Shown here: positions 45,336 to 56,093 of the stretch, piece by piece | How positions within the stretch are numbered: position 1 is the stretch's first letter | Layout of the letters: each line of letters begins with the position of its first letter | Virus record (IMG/VR): IMGVR_UViG_3300014205_006828 | Span: 1 to 64,000 of that record | Length of the DNA: 64,000 bases | Origin: a virus | Lineage: Duplodnaviria > Heunggongvirae > Uroviricota > Caudoviricetes | Reading direction: 5' to 3' (one strand) | The notes under the pieces: generated by a model | Databases searched by the model: none | What the model was told of the DNA's origin: nothing | Seen by the model: only the letters and a program-made list of their open reading frames with translations | Program-made: the position numbers and the translations under genes

Positions 45336-45971
45336 TTAAGCCAAAGAAAGATGCTCTCGCATCGCTTTTGCCGCAGCCTCATCCGATTCGAATTTTGTAA
45401 TATCGAACAATATTCCTTTGTGAAATTCACTGCCCATGGCAATATTATCTTCCCTATCATCGAAGTATAGAGAGTTGTTTGGCCATCCATACTGAATTAG
45501 GAAGCTTTGATAATATAATCTCATAGGTTTCCTAGCTCCAACATCACAAGAGAAATGTTGAATACAATCCCTAAATATCTTACATTTTTCACGCACAAAT
45601 TTAGCATGATCAGGCCCGATGTTTGATAATAGGGCAACCTTATGCTTTTTAGCTATCAATTCATCAACTACATCAAGCATTGGTAATGATGGTGTGAATG
45701 TTTCCATCCATCTGTCATGAATCTCTTGCAATGTATGATAACTCAATGATTTGTTTAGTTGATAAAAGCTCTGCTTAATATCGTATAATCCAATTTCCTG
45801 AGAGTGTTGAAAGCTTCCACCCATGAACTCATACGCTTGAATAGTATCCTCAACTATCCTTTTACCTATTAATAGATCGAGTAATGGGCTTAGATCGAAG
45901 CGAAACAGAACATTACCAATATCGAATGCAATTTTCTTCTGGGGATTATACTGAAAGTAATCTTTCGTCAA
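45336..45971 (-). CDS. HAD-like hydrolase (variant motif I)
   Basis: IAFDIGNVLF (motif I), ALLSNIG (motif II), GARKP (Lys), FDDREDN (motif IV). Confidence 0.4.
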   Translation of the reverse strand: MTKDYFQYNPQKKIAFDIGNVLFRFDLSPLLDLLIGKRIVEDTIQAYEFMGGSFQHSQEIGLYDIKQSFYQLNKSLSYHTLQEIHDRWMETFTPSLPMLDVVDELIAKKHKVALLSNIGPDHAKFVREKCKIFRDCIQHFSCDVGARKPMRLYYQSFLIQYGWPNNSLYFDDREDNIAMGSEFHKGILFDITKFESDEAAAKAMREHLSLA

Positions 45972-46800
45972 GCTGCCTCCACTTCTGTATAGATAGAGAT
46001 GGATGAGATACCGGGCGCTCGACCTGTCTCTTAATGAAGTTCATATTTGTTGATCTGCCGATATTGGTCGAAACACCATACCACTGCAACAATTGCGCAT
46101 TTATAACTTGCTCAATCTCAGATGGATTTGGGCTGATGTAAAGAGGTTTCCCAGTATACAAACAATCAGATACAAAACTAGTCTCTCCTGTTGTAACTAA
46201 ACTACCTACAGGGATCAATCTCTGAAGATTTGATATGTCAATATCTTCTGTAGTACATTCTTTAGGTACTATTGAATATGGACGTACCCATTCAAATCCG
46301 CGCTTCAATATTGGCCTTGCAGAAATATCACATAACGGAGAATACACTAGATAAGCATCGCCACGCGGCAGCGATTCAAGATACACTTTAGTGTTATCCA
46401 TTATCTTGGTGGTCAGCTCCTTCTTCTCATGCTCCATCCCAGTAATTTGAAGCATGGGGCTGCAATACCACAATGGAACTTCCAGCACCTTCGCCACCAT
46501 CGCGGTGAAGAACTCGCAATCGCTAATCACCAATTCCGGAACCCACTCCAGAAGATCGTTGATGATCATATCGGCAAGGAAATGGTCTACCGGCGGCCCA
46601 GCTACACCATACTTATCCTTGAAGTAGTTCTTCTCACACCTGACAGCTAGCGCATCCAGGCACCAATCAATAGACTGAAGATATCGGCTATTTCGGTAGT
46701 ACGCAGCGATGCGAACCTCATGCTCCTGTGTGTGGTGCAGGAACCGAGACAGCATAATATTGGAACCTATTGTCTTGCTTGCTCCAAACAAAATCTTCAT
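45946..46800 (-). CDS. Hypothetical protein, possibly a GT-B glycosyltransferase-like
   Basis: N-terminal KILFGASKTIGSNIMLS...VPELVISDCEFFTAMVAKVLEVPLWYCSP resembles the GT1/MurG N-terminal half. Confidence 0.3.
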   Translation of the reverse strand: MKILFGASKTIGSNIMLSRFLHHTQEHEVRIAAYYRNSRYLQSIDWCLDALAVRCEKNYFKDKYGVAGPPVDHFLADMIINDLLEWVPELVISDCEFFTAMVAKVLEVPLWYCSPMLQITGMEHEKKELTTKIMDNTKVYLESLPRGDAYLVYSPLCDISARPILKRGFEWVRPYSIVPKECTTEDIDISNLQRLIPVGSLVTTGETSFVSDCLYTGKPLYISPNPSEIEQVINAQLLQWYGVSTNIGRSTNMNFIKRQVERPVSHPSLSIQKWRQLDERLLSV

Positions 46801-47095
46801 GCGTTTCCGGTATCATATGCACTAAAGACCATACCATCTTCAAGCTCTACAGAACTACCAGGGTACAACATACCTGACCGTTGCATATCACCATGTTGCC
46901 TTCCTCGGTACGTTACAGAAATTACCCTGTTAGGAGAATATCCGGCACGTGTAATAATTTCTTCATATGTGAGTCTTAGCGGCTGCTCTTTACCATTGAT
47001 TGTAATATTCATTGTTCATCCTCATTACTTGGGCTCATTCTGTCTTAGATGTTGACAATTTTATGGAAACTATATCAATATGTTAGTATCCGATT

Positions 47096-47782
47096 ATGTC
47101 AAAAAGAGTTGTTTCCGAAAAGTGCAAAGAATCAGTTTACATATTGAGAATGGCCAGAATGCTATACGCAATAAAATACCTTGGTAGGTACTGCTCAGAG
47201 TGTGGTGCTGACGGTTTTGACATTCCTTGGTGTATGGATTTTCATCATAGAGATGGTTCGGGAAAATCATACGAAGTAAAGAACAAGCTATACAACGGCA
47301 GTTTCGCCAACCACAAAAGTGAAATTGATAAGTGTATTCTGATTTGTTCTAATTGCCACAGGCTCGGTCACTCTAACAAAGATCGCTACACACAACTAAA
47401 GCCATTGATAATGGACAAATTATCTGAGATTGGCAACAGTGATGGCGGCAAGATTAGAGAATTCAATCCGATGTCTCTCGACGAAAAGCAGATTATAGTA
47501 AACATGGCAAGTGACGGATATAGCGTTGTGGAAATATCAAATATGATGAATCTAAAATATGATCGTGTGAAACACTTCATTAGGTATCACAAGATAAATC
47601 ATTGTAGATTTGAAAGAAAGCTTCCACAATCTGCCATAATCAAACTACTGAATCAGAAACACAGTATACGAAGTATTGCCGGGAAAATAGGAATTAATAG
47701 AGAGACTTTGAGGTTATGGATTTCTAAAAGAGTTACATATGCTGAGATAAATGGTGTCAAGATTCATCGGCTTCAAAGTTAG
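47096..47782 (+). CDS. Free-standing HNH homing endonuclease with a C-terminal HTH domain
   Basis: CSECGADGFDIPWCMDFHHRDGSGKS...ILICSNCHRLGH is an HNH core. The C-terminus (IRSIAGKIGINRETLRLWI) is HTH-like. Confidence 0.6.
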   Translation: MSKRVVSEKCKESVYILRMARMLYAIKYLGRYCSECGADGFDIPWCMDFHHRDGSGKSYEVKNKLYNGSFANHKSEIDKCILICSNCHRLGHSNKDRYTQLKPLIMDKLSEIGNSDGGKIREFNPMSLDEKQIIVNMASDGYSVVEISNMMNLKYDRVKHFIRYHKINHCRFERKLPQSAIIKLLNQKHSIRSIAGKIGINRETLRLWISKRVTYAEINGVKIHRLQS

Positions 47783-48065
47783 CAATCCATGCAAGAACAT
47801 GGGCATGACATAGCCGTGGAACGCAAAAACACGCGAGCTTCTTGCCTCGCAACTCTCTCTTAATCATTGCTATCATTTCTGGCTGCGATCTAACCCATTC
47901 TTCGTACTTTTGTATTGCCTCTGCTCTAGTATCTACTTTGAACTTTGCCAGTGTTCCGTCTTTGTGAGAATATGGATTTCCGTATTTTGATGGGCGACCC
48001 ACATACACATCATAGTAACTTTTGTTCCTGTGAACTACAAATGGCCATACTCTTTTAATATCCAT
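47757..48065 (-). CDS. DUF4326-like protein
   Basis: VGRPSKYGNPY...CFCVPRLCHAHVLA follows the DUF4326 pattern (GNPF ... C.C ... CHa.vL). Confidence 0.45.
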   Translation of the reverse strand: MDIKRVWPFVVHRNKSYYDVYVGRPSKYGNPYSHKDGTLAKFKVDTRAEAIQKYEEWVRSQPEMIAMIKRELRGKKLACFCVPRLCHAHVLAWIANFEADES

Positions 48066-48166
48066 GTTAACTTAGTTTTCGTTAATGCTATAAGAACCAA
48101 AGGAAAATTAACAAATAGCTTATTTATAAGTCTTGCTCGTAAAAGCAAATATCATTGTCTAGTCCG

Positions 48167-48601
48167 TTATTCATGATGTCCATTGATAATATTCACCGCC
48201 GATATCAACAAATCTCTGAGCTTACTTGATTGTGGTAGAAATCTCTCTTCTCTAGGAAGAATTGCGAGGTAATCTTCCATCTCGACAACTAAATCCTGTA
48301 AGGCTTGCGCTACGCTTTCGTGTGTTCTACTTCCAGAGTCAAGTTCATGCTTTAGAAATGCTATGTTGTTTACAAATGGCCTAAGCATACTCTCAGCTAT
48401 CTGCTGCCGACCACCTGGAGTGGTAAGGTATTTCACCAAGATATGACGATGAACACTGGTGACGCGGCGGAAGTTATTCAACCATCTCCGCATATGATCG
48501 TCAATAGGGGTGGCGTGTGGCCCAATTACATCATTCATATCATCCACATCAGCTCTTTTGTCGATATCATATCTAGGATCTGTATTTTTCCACATAATCA
48601 C
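48167..48601 (-). CDS. Hypothetical protein
   Basis: 144-aa ORF. Confidence 0.35.
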   Translation of the reverse strand: MIMWKNTDPRYDIDKRADVDDMNDVIGPHATPIDDHMRRWLNNFRRVTSVHRHILVKYLTTPGGRQQIAESMLRPFVNNIAFLKHELDSGSRTHESVAQALQDLVVEMEDYLAILPREERFLPQSSKLRDLLISAVNIINGHHE

Positions 48602-48738
48602 TACCTAACACCATTTGGTTTGACTTTGAAAATCTCATTGGAGATTATAACAACTAAATGATCATTTCTTTTGATCACTTTAGCCTCAGGAAGTTGAAGA
48701 CTTGGTCTCCAATCTTGTCTCGATGATCTGTTGCCATG

Positions 48739-49383
48739 TTACTTATACGAATCGTTGAAGGCCGAGATGATTGGGTCTTTAAGAACAGCAACGATTTTCT
48801 CGAACAATTCCTTTGTCATCTTGACGTCACCATCAGCTCTGTGGGCCGTAGCCTTAGTGATGCTGAAGTCCTTGACTAAAGCGCCGAGACCGTAGCGAGC
48901 CCGCTTCTTGCCAGTGCAGACATCGATCAGTCGAGCAAGCTGCATTGTATCGATGATGTACCCCTGGTTGCGCCGCTTGCCGTCCTTCCCCTCAATCCAG
49001 TAGCCGAACGGGAAATCATCCTCAGATCCGGCCTTGCGCCACAACGCTAGAAGGAACCTGTAATCGAAGTCTGGGTTCTGGCCAATGAACACCCGCTCTT
49101 CTGCAGCTGCCCCATCTTCCATCAGCCACATTTCGATCTCTGGAAGAACTTCCTTTGGAATGCGATACGTCTCTCTTCCCTTGGGTGTTTTCCACAGAAT
49201 GTCTTCAAGCAAATGGCCATTGACTCGGAGAGCTTCTTCTTCGATGTTCTCTGGAGATAAAGGTTTCAGACACCAAGTCTTACTTTCGGCATCTCCAATA
49301 CGCCAGAAGCAGAGTTCAATGATGTCATGCTTTTCAGGATCGGTACCCGTTGTTTCTACGTCACATACATATTGTATATACAT
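48739..49383 (-). CDS. DEDDh 3'-5' exonuclease (second copy, RNase T/oligoribonuclease-like)
   Basis: Exo I VCDVETTGTD, Exo II FIGQNPDFDYRFL, Exo III HRADGDVKMTKEL. Confidence 0.6.
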   Translation of the reverse strand: MYIQYVCDVETTGTDPEKHDIIELCFWRIGDAESKTWCLKPLSPENIEEEALRVNGHLLEDILWKTPKGRETYRIPKEVLPEIEMWLMEDGAAAEERVFIGQNPDFDYRFLLALWRKAGSEDDFPFGYWIEGKDGKRRNQGYIIDTMQLARLIDVCTGKKRARYGLGALVKDFSITKATAHRADGDVKMTKELFEKIVAVLKDPIISAFNDSYK

Positions 49384-49390
49384 TTGAATT

Positions 49391-50692
49391 TTACCTAAGA
49401 TTTAAAACGAATTTCTTTTGTCCACAATCCCAAATTTTAACTAATCCATTGTCATATCCAGAATTTCCTGGATATTTCATTCTATGGAATGTGTTTTTGA
49501 AATCTGTCCACTTGAAACTTACATGATTTGAAGCTTCAACAAATCCAATATTTACAAGGGAAGATCCTGTGCCATATCTACAATCAACAAAACTTATTAT
49601 TTTTTTTGGATTATAGTCACAGGCAACCCTTTTTAATAATTTACTAAAACCACCAACAACCAATGTATCTATTTTGTTTGCAAATCTAGATATTTCAACA
49701 AATTCTTTTTTGTGAATAATTTGCATACACGCGACAATATCACCATCAAACACCAGAGAGTATATCTTGCCTGTGCCCTTAGACATCAAATGATTATTAG
49801 CGAACCAACCACAATCATCAGGCAACACATTAACAGCACACTTCCTAGCAAATAGTTTGCTGTTTATTATATTCAGCTTTGCGCGTATGATAGATTTGAC
49901 AATGTTTGTTTTTTGAAGAATTTCATCACCCCTAAAAAACAAAGATGTATATCCATATAAATAATACGATGCTTGTTTATTTAGGTGATAAGACCTATCT
50001 TTGATGTAAAGATCGGAGTGATGTTTTAAACCATCTGATTCTATAATTAGATTACCAAGTCTAAAATCTGGTCTATATGATGTACCTGGCAATTGCTTAT
50101 CATACACAAAATTCACACCAAGATCATTTAAGATATTTTCAATAACAAATTCTATATCTGTTTTAGATTTATTCCATTTAAGGGCAGAATCAACACCAAC
50201 TGATTTTATCAACTCAAGAAATTTTGAATAACTAAAATTAGGCTCATAACCATCAAAAATATTTCTAGCAGATAACCCGTTTAGATCGTAACTAATCCCT
50301 CTGGCTATTTTTGTGTTATTAATTTTCGCAATCACACATTCTGCTTTGGATGGATGATCTACTCCAAACCTTTTCAAATTAGTATTTTTGATTTTGTCTT
50401 GTATATCTTTATTTAATAGAGGCGTAGATGCTCCAAATCTCTCTATACAGGTATTGGCGCGTTTATCTTTGGTACTTTGTTTTCTAGACCCTAGTACTTT
50501 GTTAGCCGCTGAACGTTTCGGATGTCGCCTCTCCCCATAGAGAACTTTGGAATAAGTTCCATAAAATTTACCATACTCACTATCCTCAAATTCCGCAATT
50601 GAATGTGCAGATGTATAAGATAGCAAATCAAGATAAGGGAATTTTTCTTTTACTTTAATTCTAGCTTCTTCTAACGTTTGTCTTCGCGCCAT
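49391..50692 (-). CDS. Hypothetical protein with a Vsr/PD-(D/E)xK-like nuclease-like segment. Possible homing endonuclease
   Basis: YRPDFRLGNLIIESDGLKHH resembles the endonuclease core (rpDF...iEvDG..wH). The rest is unassigned. Confidence 0.3.
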   Translation of the reverse strand: MARRQTLEEARIKVKEKFPYLDLLSYTSAHSIAEFEDSEYGKFYGTYSKVLYGERRHPKRSAANKVLGSRKQSTKDKRANTCIERFGASTPLLNKDIQDKIKNTNLKRFGVDHPSKAECVIAKINNTKIARGISYDLNGLSARNIFDGYEPNFSYSKFLELIKSVGVDSALKWNKSKTDIEFVIENILNDLGVNFVYDKQLPGTSYRPDFRLGNLIIESDGLKHHSDLYIKDRSYHLNKQASYYLYGYTSLFFRGDEILQKTNIVKSIIRAKLNIINSKLFARKCAVNVLPDDCGWFANNHLMSKGTGKIYSLVFDGDIVACMQIIHKKEFVEISRFANKIDTLVVGGFSKLLKRVACDYNPKKIISFVDCRYGTGSSLVNIGFVEASNHVSFKWTDFKNTFHRMKYPGNSGYDNGLVKIWDCGQKKFVLNLR

Positions 50693-50879
50693 ACATGCTA
50701 TTTAGAGGCGGCGGGCTGGGGATCCTCGACAGGCTTTGTTGGCGGAGATAGACGATCAAAGTACCGCATAAACCAGATCATAATTTCTTCAGCTATAGGG
50801 ATCTCGATAGACGACCCTTTCTCGTTTTCAAAGATGAGAAAATGATCGTCCCTAACGCTTCTTGTTCCTTTGAAAATGA

Positions 50880-51224
50880 TCATGCCTTCACCTGCAGTTG
50901 TCTCTTAAATTCAGAAACAGACTTCCATCCGCTCTTGATGCCATTAATGATGAACATCACCCCTTCAGTAGTTCTTAAGAATTCACGCTCTTTAGAAGTA
51001 AATCTAATTCCTTTCAGAACAATGATTTCCTGCTCATTTATGAAAACTCTCCAATCCTCATGAGAACTTGTTGAGATCCGCTTAACTCTCACAGATTTTC
51101 CAGGAACGTAATCTTCGTCATTGAAAAATTCAGAGTCTTGTTTGATGAACGAGCCCTTCTTTCCGCCCTTTTCATCGTAGGCAAATTGGTCATCTGAGTA
51201 CTTGTGATAAGAATGATCGTTCAT
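50880..51224 (-). CDS. Hypothetical protein
   Basis: 114-aa ORF, translationally coupled to the FAD oxidoreductase gene. Confidence 0.35.
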   Translation of the reverse strand: MNDHSYHKYSDDQFAYDEKGGKKGSFIKQDSEFFNDEDYVPGKSVRVKRISTSSHEDWRVFINEQEIIVLKGIRFTSKEREFLRTTEGVMFIINGIKSGWKSVSEFKRQLQVKA

Positions 51225-52513
51225 TTTGCAGCTCCTTCAGCGGCTACCGCCCCCATAATTCCAGCAGCGGCTATCCCTTTTATACCAGCACATTCGCCGG
51301 CTACAAATAAACCATCCACTTCGGTTTCTAAATTGTTTGCTATATTAATTCTACTAGTATTCGTATCAATGTCTGGTACATGGAAGTAACCACGATTTAT
51401 GATGTTTGGAAATACTGACTCAAGAGTCTTCAACGCTACGGCCACCCAAGAGTATTCTGGCATCTCTGCTAAGTCGCCAATACCATGGGTAAAGCTCCTA
51501 ATCTTTTCACGTCCAACCCTATCCCCAGATAGTAAATGCGAAAGCTTGGCAATCCTATCAACGTGAGAACATGGATCTGCCTTGATCTCAATGCTTTTTT
51601 GAACTGAAAAGAATACCTTATCTGACTTCCACCTATCTTCATTTGAGCGAAAGGCTGCGATGGTCATGTCATCATGGTCTTCTTGAATTACAGAACCCAT
51701 CCATTGAAGCGGCCCTACATCAAGGTCTTCTCTTACCAAAGAACAATGAGCTTTATGGAATTCCTTGAGAGATGAGGATGGCATTTCTACTCTAACTCCA
51801 TACCTAGCAATGTGATCTGGTTGTAACAGACCTAGATTTTTATATACATTATTCACCCAACGCCAGCCGCTTCTCCCAACTCCAAGAATCAGTTTCTTAC
51901 AAGTGAAATCGCCCTGAGATGTATTAACCACGAACTTCTTATCAATCTTTAAAAAGTCAAAAACCTCAGTATCAAAACTAAGAAGTACATTTCCTGCGGC
52001 CTCTATTTTTTCGGATGTTATCTTTGATAGTTGATGAATTTGATCGGGATTCCACTGATCGTATGTATGCATTATCAAACCAAAACCATTATCAGTAATT
52101 GCCTTTTTGATAGTAGCTGAAGGCTGCTTAGTTTTCACACCACGAGGAACACTCACCTCATTCAGTTGCGCAGAAAACCATTCTTTGATAGATCTGACAC
52201 GCCTACCATCTGCAATTTCCAAAACCTTATCAGTATCCTCATCTAGGTAGATTTTTCCATCTCCTGTAGGGAAACATCCGAGATATCCTTCTAATTGGCG
52301 ACGTCTACGCTTCACATGGATAGGATCTTGCCGCAAACAATTTGGAGGTGGTGGACCGAACTCAAATACAACAACTTTTAAGTTCTTGTGTCGTTCAGCT
52401 AAGCGTAAAGCAGCAAATACGCCAGAGATACCAGAGCCCACTATTCCTATATCAAACGAATTATTCATGGTGATGTTGAGGATACGGCGTTCAAATACGA
52501 TTGCCTTACACAA
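51221..52513 (-). CDS. FAD-dependent oxidoreductase (Rossmann GxGxxG)
   Basis: DIGIVGSGISGVFAALRLA is the FAD-binding dinucleotide fold. The C-terminal GLFVAGECAGIKGIAAAG is typical of the HI0933/Thi4-like flavoprotein C-terminus. Confidence 0.5.
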   Translation of the reverse strand: MCKAIVFERRILNITMNNSFDIGIVGSGISGVFAALRLAERHKNLKVVVFEFGPPPPNCLRQDPIHVKRRRRQLEGYLGCFPTGDGKIYLDEDTDKVLEIADGRRVRSIKEWFSAQLNEVSVPRGVKTKQPSATIKKAITDNGFGLIMHTYDQWNPDQIHQLSKITSEKIEAAGNVLLSFDTEVFDFLKIDKKFVVNTSQGDFTCKKLILGVGRSGWRWVNNVYKNLGLLQPDHIARYGVRVEMPSSSLKEFHKAHCSLVREDLDVGPLQWMGSVIQEDHDDMTIAAFRSNEDRWKSDKVFFSVQKSIEIKADPCSHVDRIAKLSHLLSGDRVGREKIRSFTHGIGDLAEMPEYSWVAVALKTLESVFPNIINRGYFHVPDIDTNTSRINIANNLETEVDGLFVAGECAGIKGIAAAGIMGAVAAEGAAK

Positions 52514-53139
52514 TCATATATCTCGTCTTTTCCTCCTATAACACCATCCAAGATATCTACGATATTATTTTGCAATTGATAAGAAACACCAAATGGCCAC
52601 ATGAACCAATAAGATGGCCCAACGAAGTATATCCTGTTGATTTTATCTGATTCTTCACAAAGAATTTCGTAAATCTTATCTGGGGAATTTTGGAAGAATA
52701 TCAACTGCTCATTTAATACGAATAAACTCATCGTATATCCACCTACCTCAAACTTCGTTCTCCATGGTGCTGGTAATGGGGCTAGACACAACAAGAATAA
52801 TAAGAACCACAAAGAGATAGGTGCTAATAAAGCGAAAACTGCCAAACATTGCGGAAATAGATATAAAATACTGAACAGAACTTTTCCATACCGTTTCGCT
52901 TGTTGTATATGCACAAGCTCATGCGCTAAAACGCTAATTGCTGATTGATTTTGTGAATTGACGAAGTCTTCACTAGTGAAATAGATAGTACTACCAATTG
53001 TGGTAATGTATTTAGTCATGAAGCCTTTATTGAAAAATAATAAAAAGCCAAGAAGCTTCATAAACAATGATTTATTCTTGTATTTAATATCAAAACTATA
53101 ATGCTTATGCATTTCGTTTTCAAATGTATTGAATATCAT
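52465..53139 (-). CDS. Multi-pass membrane protein with an HExxH motif (putative membrane metalloprotease-like)
   Basis: LAHELVHIQQ (HExxH), plus several hydrophobic segments. Confidence 0.35.
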   Translation of the reverse strand: MIFNTFENEMHKHYSFDIKYKNKSLFMKLLGFLLFFNKGFMTKYITTIGSTIYFTSEDFVNSQNQSAISVLAHELVHIQQAKRYGKVLFSILYLFPQCLAVFALLAPISLWFLLFLLCLAPLPAPWRTKFEVGGYTMSLFVLNEQLIFFQNSPDKIYEILCEESDKINRIYFVGPSYWFMWPFGVSYQLQNNIVDILDGVIGGKDEIYDCVRQSYLNAVSSTSP

Positions 53140-53207
53140 TATGCTCCAAATTAAGGTGAAACTTGGTTTAGACAGCTAAAAATATTTAGGCAAGGGTAGT
53201 TCACATA

Positions 53208-53981
53208 CTAATTCCCAACATAACTAATACCGCGTTCTCTTAAAATTCTCCAGGGCATGAAATTATCCGCTGTCATTTTGGGCGTCTTTAGGATCTTTGG
53301 AATTGGACGTGGAACAATTCCATTCACAATGTCTTCATCGAAACTACCAAGATCCTGAAAATCTACCTGCCAAAGAACTCTCAGCTCTTCATCAGTACAT
53401 GGCCAAGTATGTTTGTTACCACTAAATCTTTGATAACAGAAGTTCTCGGGGGGAAGCTCTACACAAACCCTTCTATCAGCGGCCATCATTCGACACCAAG
53501 AGTCATCTTCACCCCATTGCGCTACATTCGGGAAGTCAAGTGCAGAAGAAATTCTACCAGTTAATGTTGGGCCATGAAAGACGAACTTAGCATCCTTAGA
53601 TTCAGCGAACCAGAGAATGTTTTCTGTATTACGGATGTAGAGGGATTTTGAGCCGGCGTAGTCTGCATTTGTTTTTACCAAAGAAGATATTTTAGTTAGA
53701 TATCCTGGGCCGTAGTAATCATCAGCATCACATTTAGCAAACCAAGAGTCATCCTTGGCAATTTCACGAAGCCAATGAAGCGCGGCTGTTATGTATTGCC
53801 CAACCCCAGGATCGCTTTGAATAATAGATACTTTCTCTGGTAATTCAAAGCACGAACCAAGCCCCTTCCCATTCTCGACGATGAGTAATCTTTTGTCAGT
53901 ATAAGTTTGGCGCGCAAAGTTACCTAGAACGTTAGGTAACCAACGCGGATCGTGAAGGCCGGATACCATCCATATTGCCAT
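53208..53981 (-). CDS. Glycosyltransferase family 2-like
   Basis: FARQTYTDKRLLIVENG (GT2 N-terminal motif), CDADDYY (DxD), QWGEDDSW. Confidence 0.5.
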   Translation of the reverse strand: MAIWMVSGLHDPRWLPNVLGNFARQTYTDKRLLIVENGKGLGSCFELPEKVSIIQSDPGVGQYITAALHWLREIAKDDSWFAKCDADDYYGPGYLTKISSLVKTNADYAGSKSLYIRNTENILWFAESKDAKFVFHGPTLTGRISSALDFPNVAQWGEDDSWCRMMAADRRVCVELPPENFCYQRFSGNKHTWPCTDEELRVLWQVDFQDLGSFDEDIVNGIVPRPIPKILKTPKMTADNFMPWRILRERGISYVGN

Positions 53982-55090
53982 TATGTTTCACCCCAAGTGT
54001 GTTCAATATCATACACAAAGTTTGTCGTATCTGTTGGCAATGGGTTGTCAGTAGCCCGAAATATAAACGTATAATATCTATCACTAGATGGAAGATCAAC
54101 AACAATCAATGGCATATTTGATCCTGTTGGCAGAACGTAGTCACAATCACCGTTTATAGGTACTGGTTTGCCTACCGAAGAGACAGGGGACGATCCGCCT
54201 GCTAGCACAGTATTATCACTTATAGAGCAACAGAACATCTTAACTTTACCACCACCATCTGAGGTAATAGTATACAGGAATTCTATTGCCCCACCATTTG
54301 TATAGGAGCCATTACCGTTCCAGCCAACTCTAATTCTTCCAAGCAATACCGAGTTTCGTGGCATTCCTGCACTGTGAATGGTAGTTGGAATTTGGACTGA
54401 ATATGTAGGCGCGGTTCCAACGAGCTTGAACGTACCAAAAAACTTATCTGTTCTTGGTACTTGATATGTTCCGCCGTCATAAGCGATTGGTGATATTGCA
54501 TAGCTTCCATATCCATTAGCATTAGTCGTTACTAGATGATCAGCAACCATCTGCTCTGTAGCATAACTGCTTGTCATCACAGAAGTTTGCGATGGAAGAA
54601 TAAAGTAACCATCAAAATTCATCCATTTTGATCCATTGAAATTATGTATATCAGACCTACCCATGGTCACAACATTATAAGATGCCGCGCTTAAGCTAAT
54701 TATACCAGATGTAGTTCCTCCACCAGAATGGATATCTATATTACCACCATCACCATTACAACCAAGAATTAGATCAGATTCACTATATACAGCAGGTGTC
54801 TCAACCCATGATATTGCGTTGACCGTATTTATCAGAGGATCACTTGACCAAATATCATTATAACCATCTGACCAATAGACTGTATTAATAGGGCCTATAC
54901 CTGATGATGGCTTCCATGCTGCCGTAGTTGAGCTTGTGGCTGTTAGAACATAGCCATCAATTGGTGCTGGAGATGCGGCGCACGAAACGATTGTGGTTGT
55001 ATTCTTGAGCCAATTAGCAATGGTCTGTTCAGCAACCGCGAATGCGCCACCATTTTTTGCGATAAGGGTATCAGGTACTTCTATTGACAT
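53981..55090 (-). CDS. Ser/Thr/Gly-rich putative virion fibre/structural protein
   Basis: 369 aa, beta-rich and low in charged residues, with S/T/G/N runs. Confidence 0.35.
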   Translation of the reverse strand: MSIEVPDTLIAKNGGAFAVAEQTIANWLKNTTTIVSCAASPAPIDGYVLTATSSTTAAWKPSSGIGPINTVYWSDGYNDIWSSDPLINTVNAISWVETPAVYSESDLILGCNGDGGNIDIHSGGGTTSGIISLSAASYNVVTMGRSDIHNFNGSKWMNFDGYFILPSQTSVMTSSYATEQMVADHLVTTNANGYGSYAISPIAYDGGTYQVPRTDKFFGTFKLVGTAPTYSVQIPTTIHSAGMPRNSVLLGRIRVGWNGNGSYTNGGAIEFLYTITSDGGGKVKMFCCSISDNTVLAGGSSPVSSVGKPVPINGDCDYVLPTGSNMPLIVVDLPSSDRYYTFIFRATDNPLPTDTTNFVYDIEHTWGET

Positions 55091-55121
55091 TAAGAATCCT
55101 TTAGGATGAGAAGTTTTGGTT

Positions 55122-56093
55122 TCACGTTACAGTCCAAGTAATGGTGCTGAGATTAGGTTGGTTGGTCATCCATATATCATATAACTGCGTTACACCTTGG
55201 CTATTAGTAACACTGGTTTGAGCAACCAAAGACCACCCACCTGGAAGAACACCATACTGGAATGTAGGTGTTCCATAAGAATTAGGCAAACAGTAGAATT
55301 CATATTCATCAACGCCCATCGTATCAGTAATAATTGCGGCCTTTGACGGCTGCAGCGCACGATTAGTCAAGCTTGTTACAAATGATGAATTGTAGGAACC
55401 AGGAATAACACTGTTGCCATGATAGACGTATGGCTGCCAGGATACGGTCTGCGTTGCCGTTTGTGTCTTAGTGCCCTTTGTGACGCTTAGAGTAGCTGTA
55501 TAAGTCTGATTATTGACTGTCTTAACAACAGCAGCACCAGCCCGAGAGCCAGAACTGAATGGCGTAGCAAATGTCCATGTACCACCAGCATTATCGGTTA
55601 TTGTTCCAGATGTAGGTACATAGTTTTCAGCAACACTGGCAACAATACTTGAGATTGATGTTCCTACTTCAACCACCGAAGCATAATTCGTTCCAGCGAT
55701 AGTAAAAGAAATAATCGCAAATCCAGGAAGGATATCATCCTCAGTCAATTGCCTAATTTCAGAGGCCGAACCAGTACCGACAATCACATTAGACATTTCT
55801 ATACAACTAAGAAAACAAAGCCGATACTCCATTTCGTCTAGGCGTGCTCTTACGGTTGTATAAGTACCACTAGGCTTAATTCCCAATTCTCCTTCAATTG
55901 CAAGAATTGATTCTCGGTGCCGGTTCAAAACTTCAGCTTTTATTGAAGTTTGTAAATCGACAATTACTGGCAATCCTTTGGTATCCATTGGGCGTGGGTC
56001 ATCTTGATCGCACGGATAGCGGGTATAGGAGTATGCAGGATTCACTCCGCAAGGTATTGATGGTCCAAAATCGCATGGGTTGAGAGTTACCAT
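55122..56093 (-). CDS. Ser/Thr-rich putative virion fibre/structural protein
   Basis: 323 aa with a T/S-rich C-terminal half (TATLSVTKGTKTQTATQTVSW). Confidence 0.35.
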   Translation of the reverse strand: MVTLNPCDFGPSIPCGVNPAYSYTRYPCDQDDPRPMDTKGLPVIVDLQTSIKAEVLNRHRESILAIEGELGIKPSGTYTTVRARLDEMEYRLCFLSCIEMSNVIVGTGSASEIRQLTEDDILPGFAIISFTIAGTNYASVVEVGTSISSIVASVAENYVPTSGTITDNAGGTWTFATPFSSGSRAGAAVVKTVNNQTYTATLSVTKGTKTQTATQTVSWQPYVYHGNSVIPGSYNSSFVTSLTNRALQPSKAAIITDTMGVDEYEFYCLPNSYGTPTFQYGVLPGGWSLVAQTSVTNSQGVTQLYDIWMTNQPNLSTITWTVT

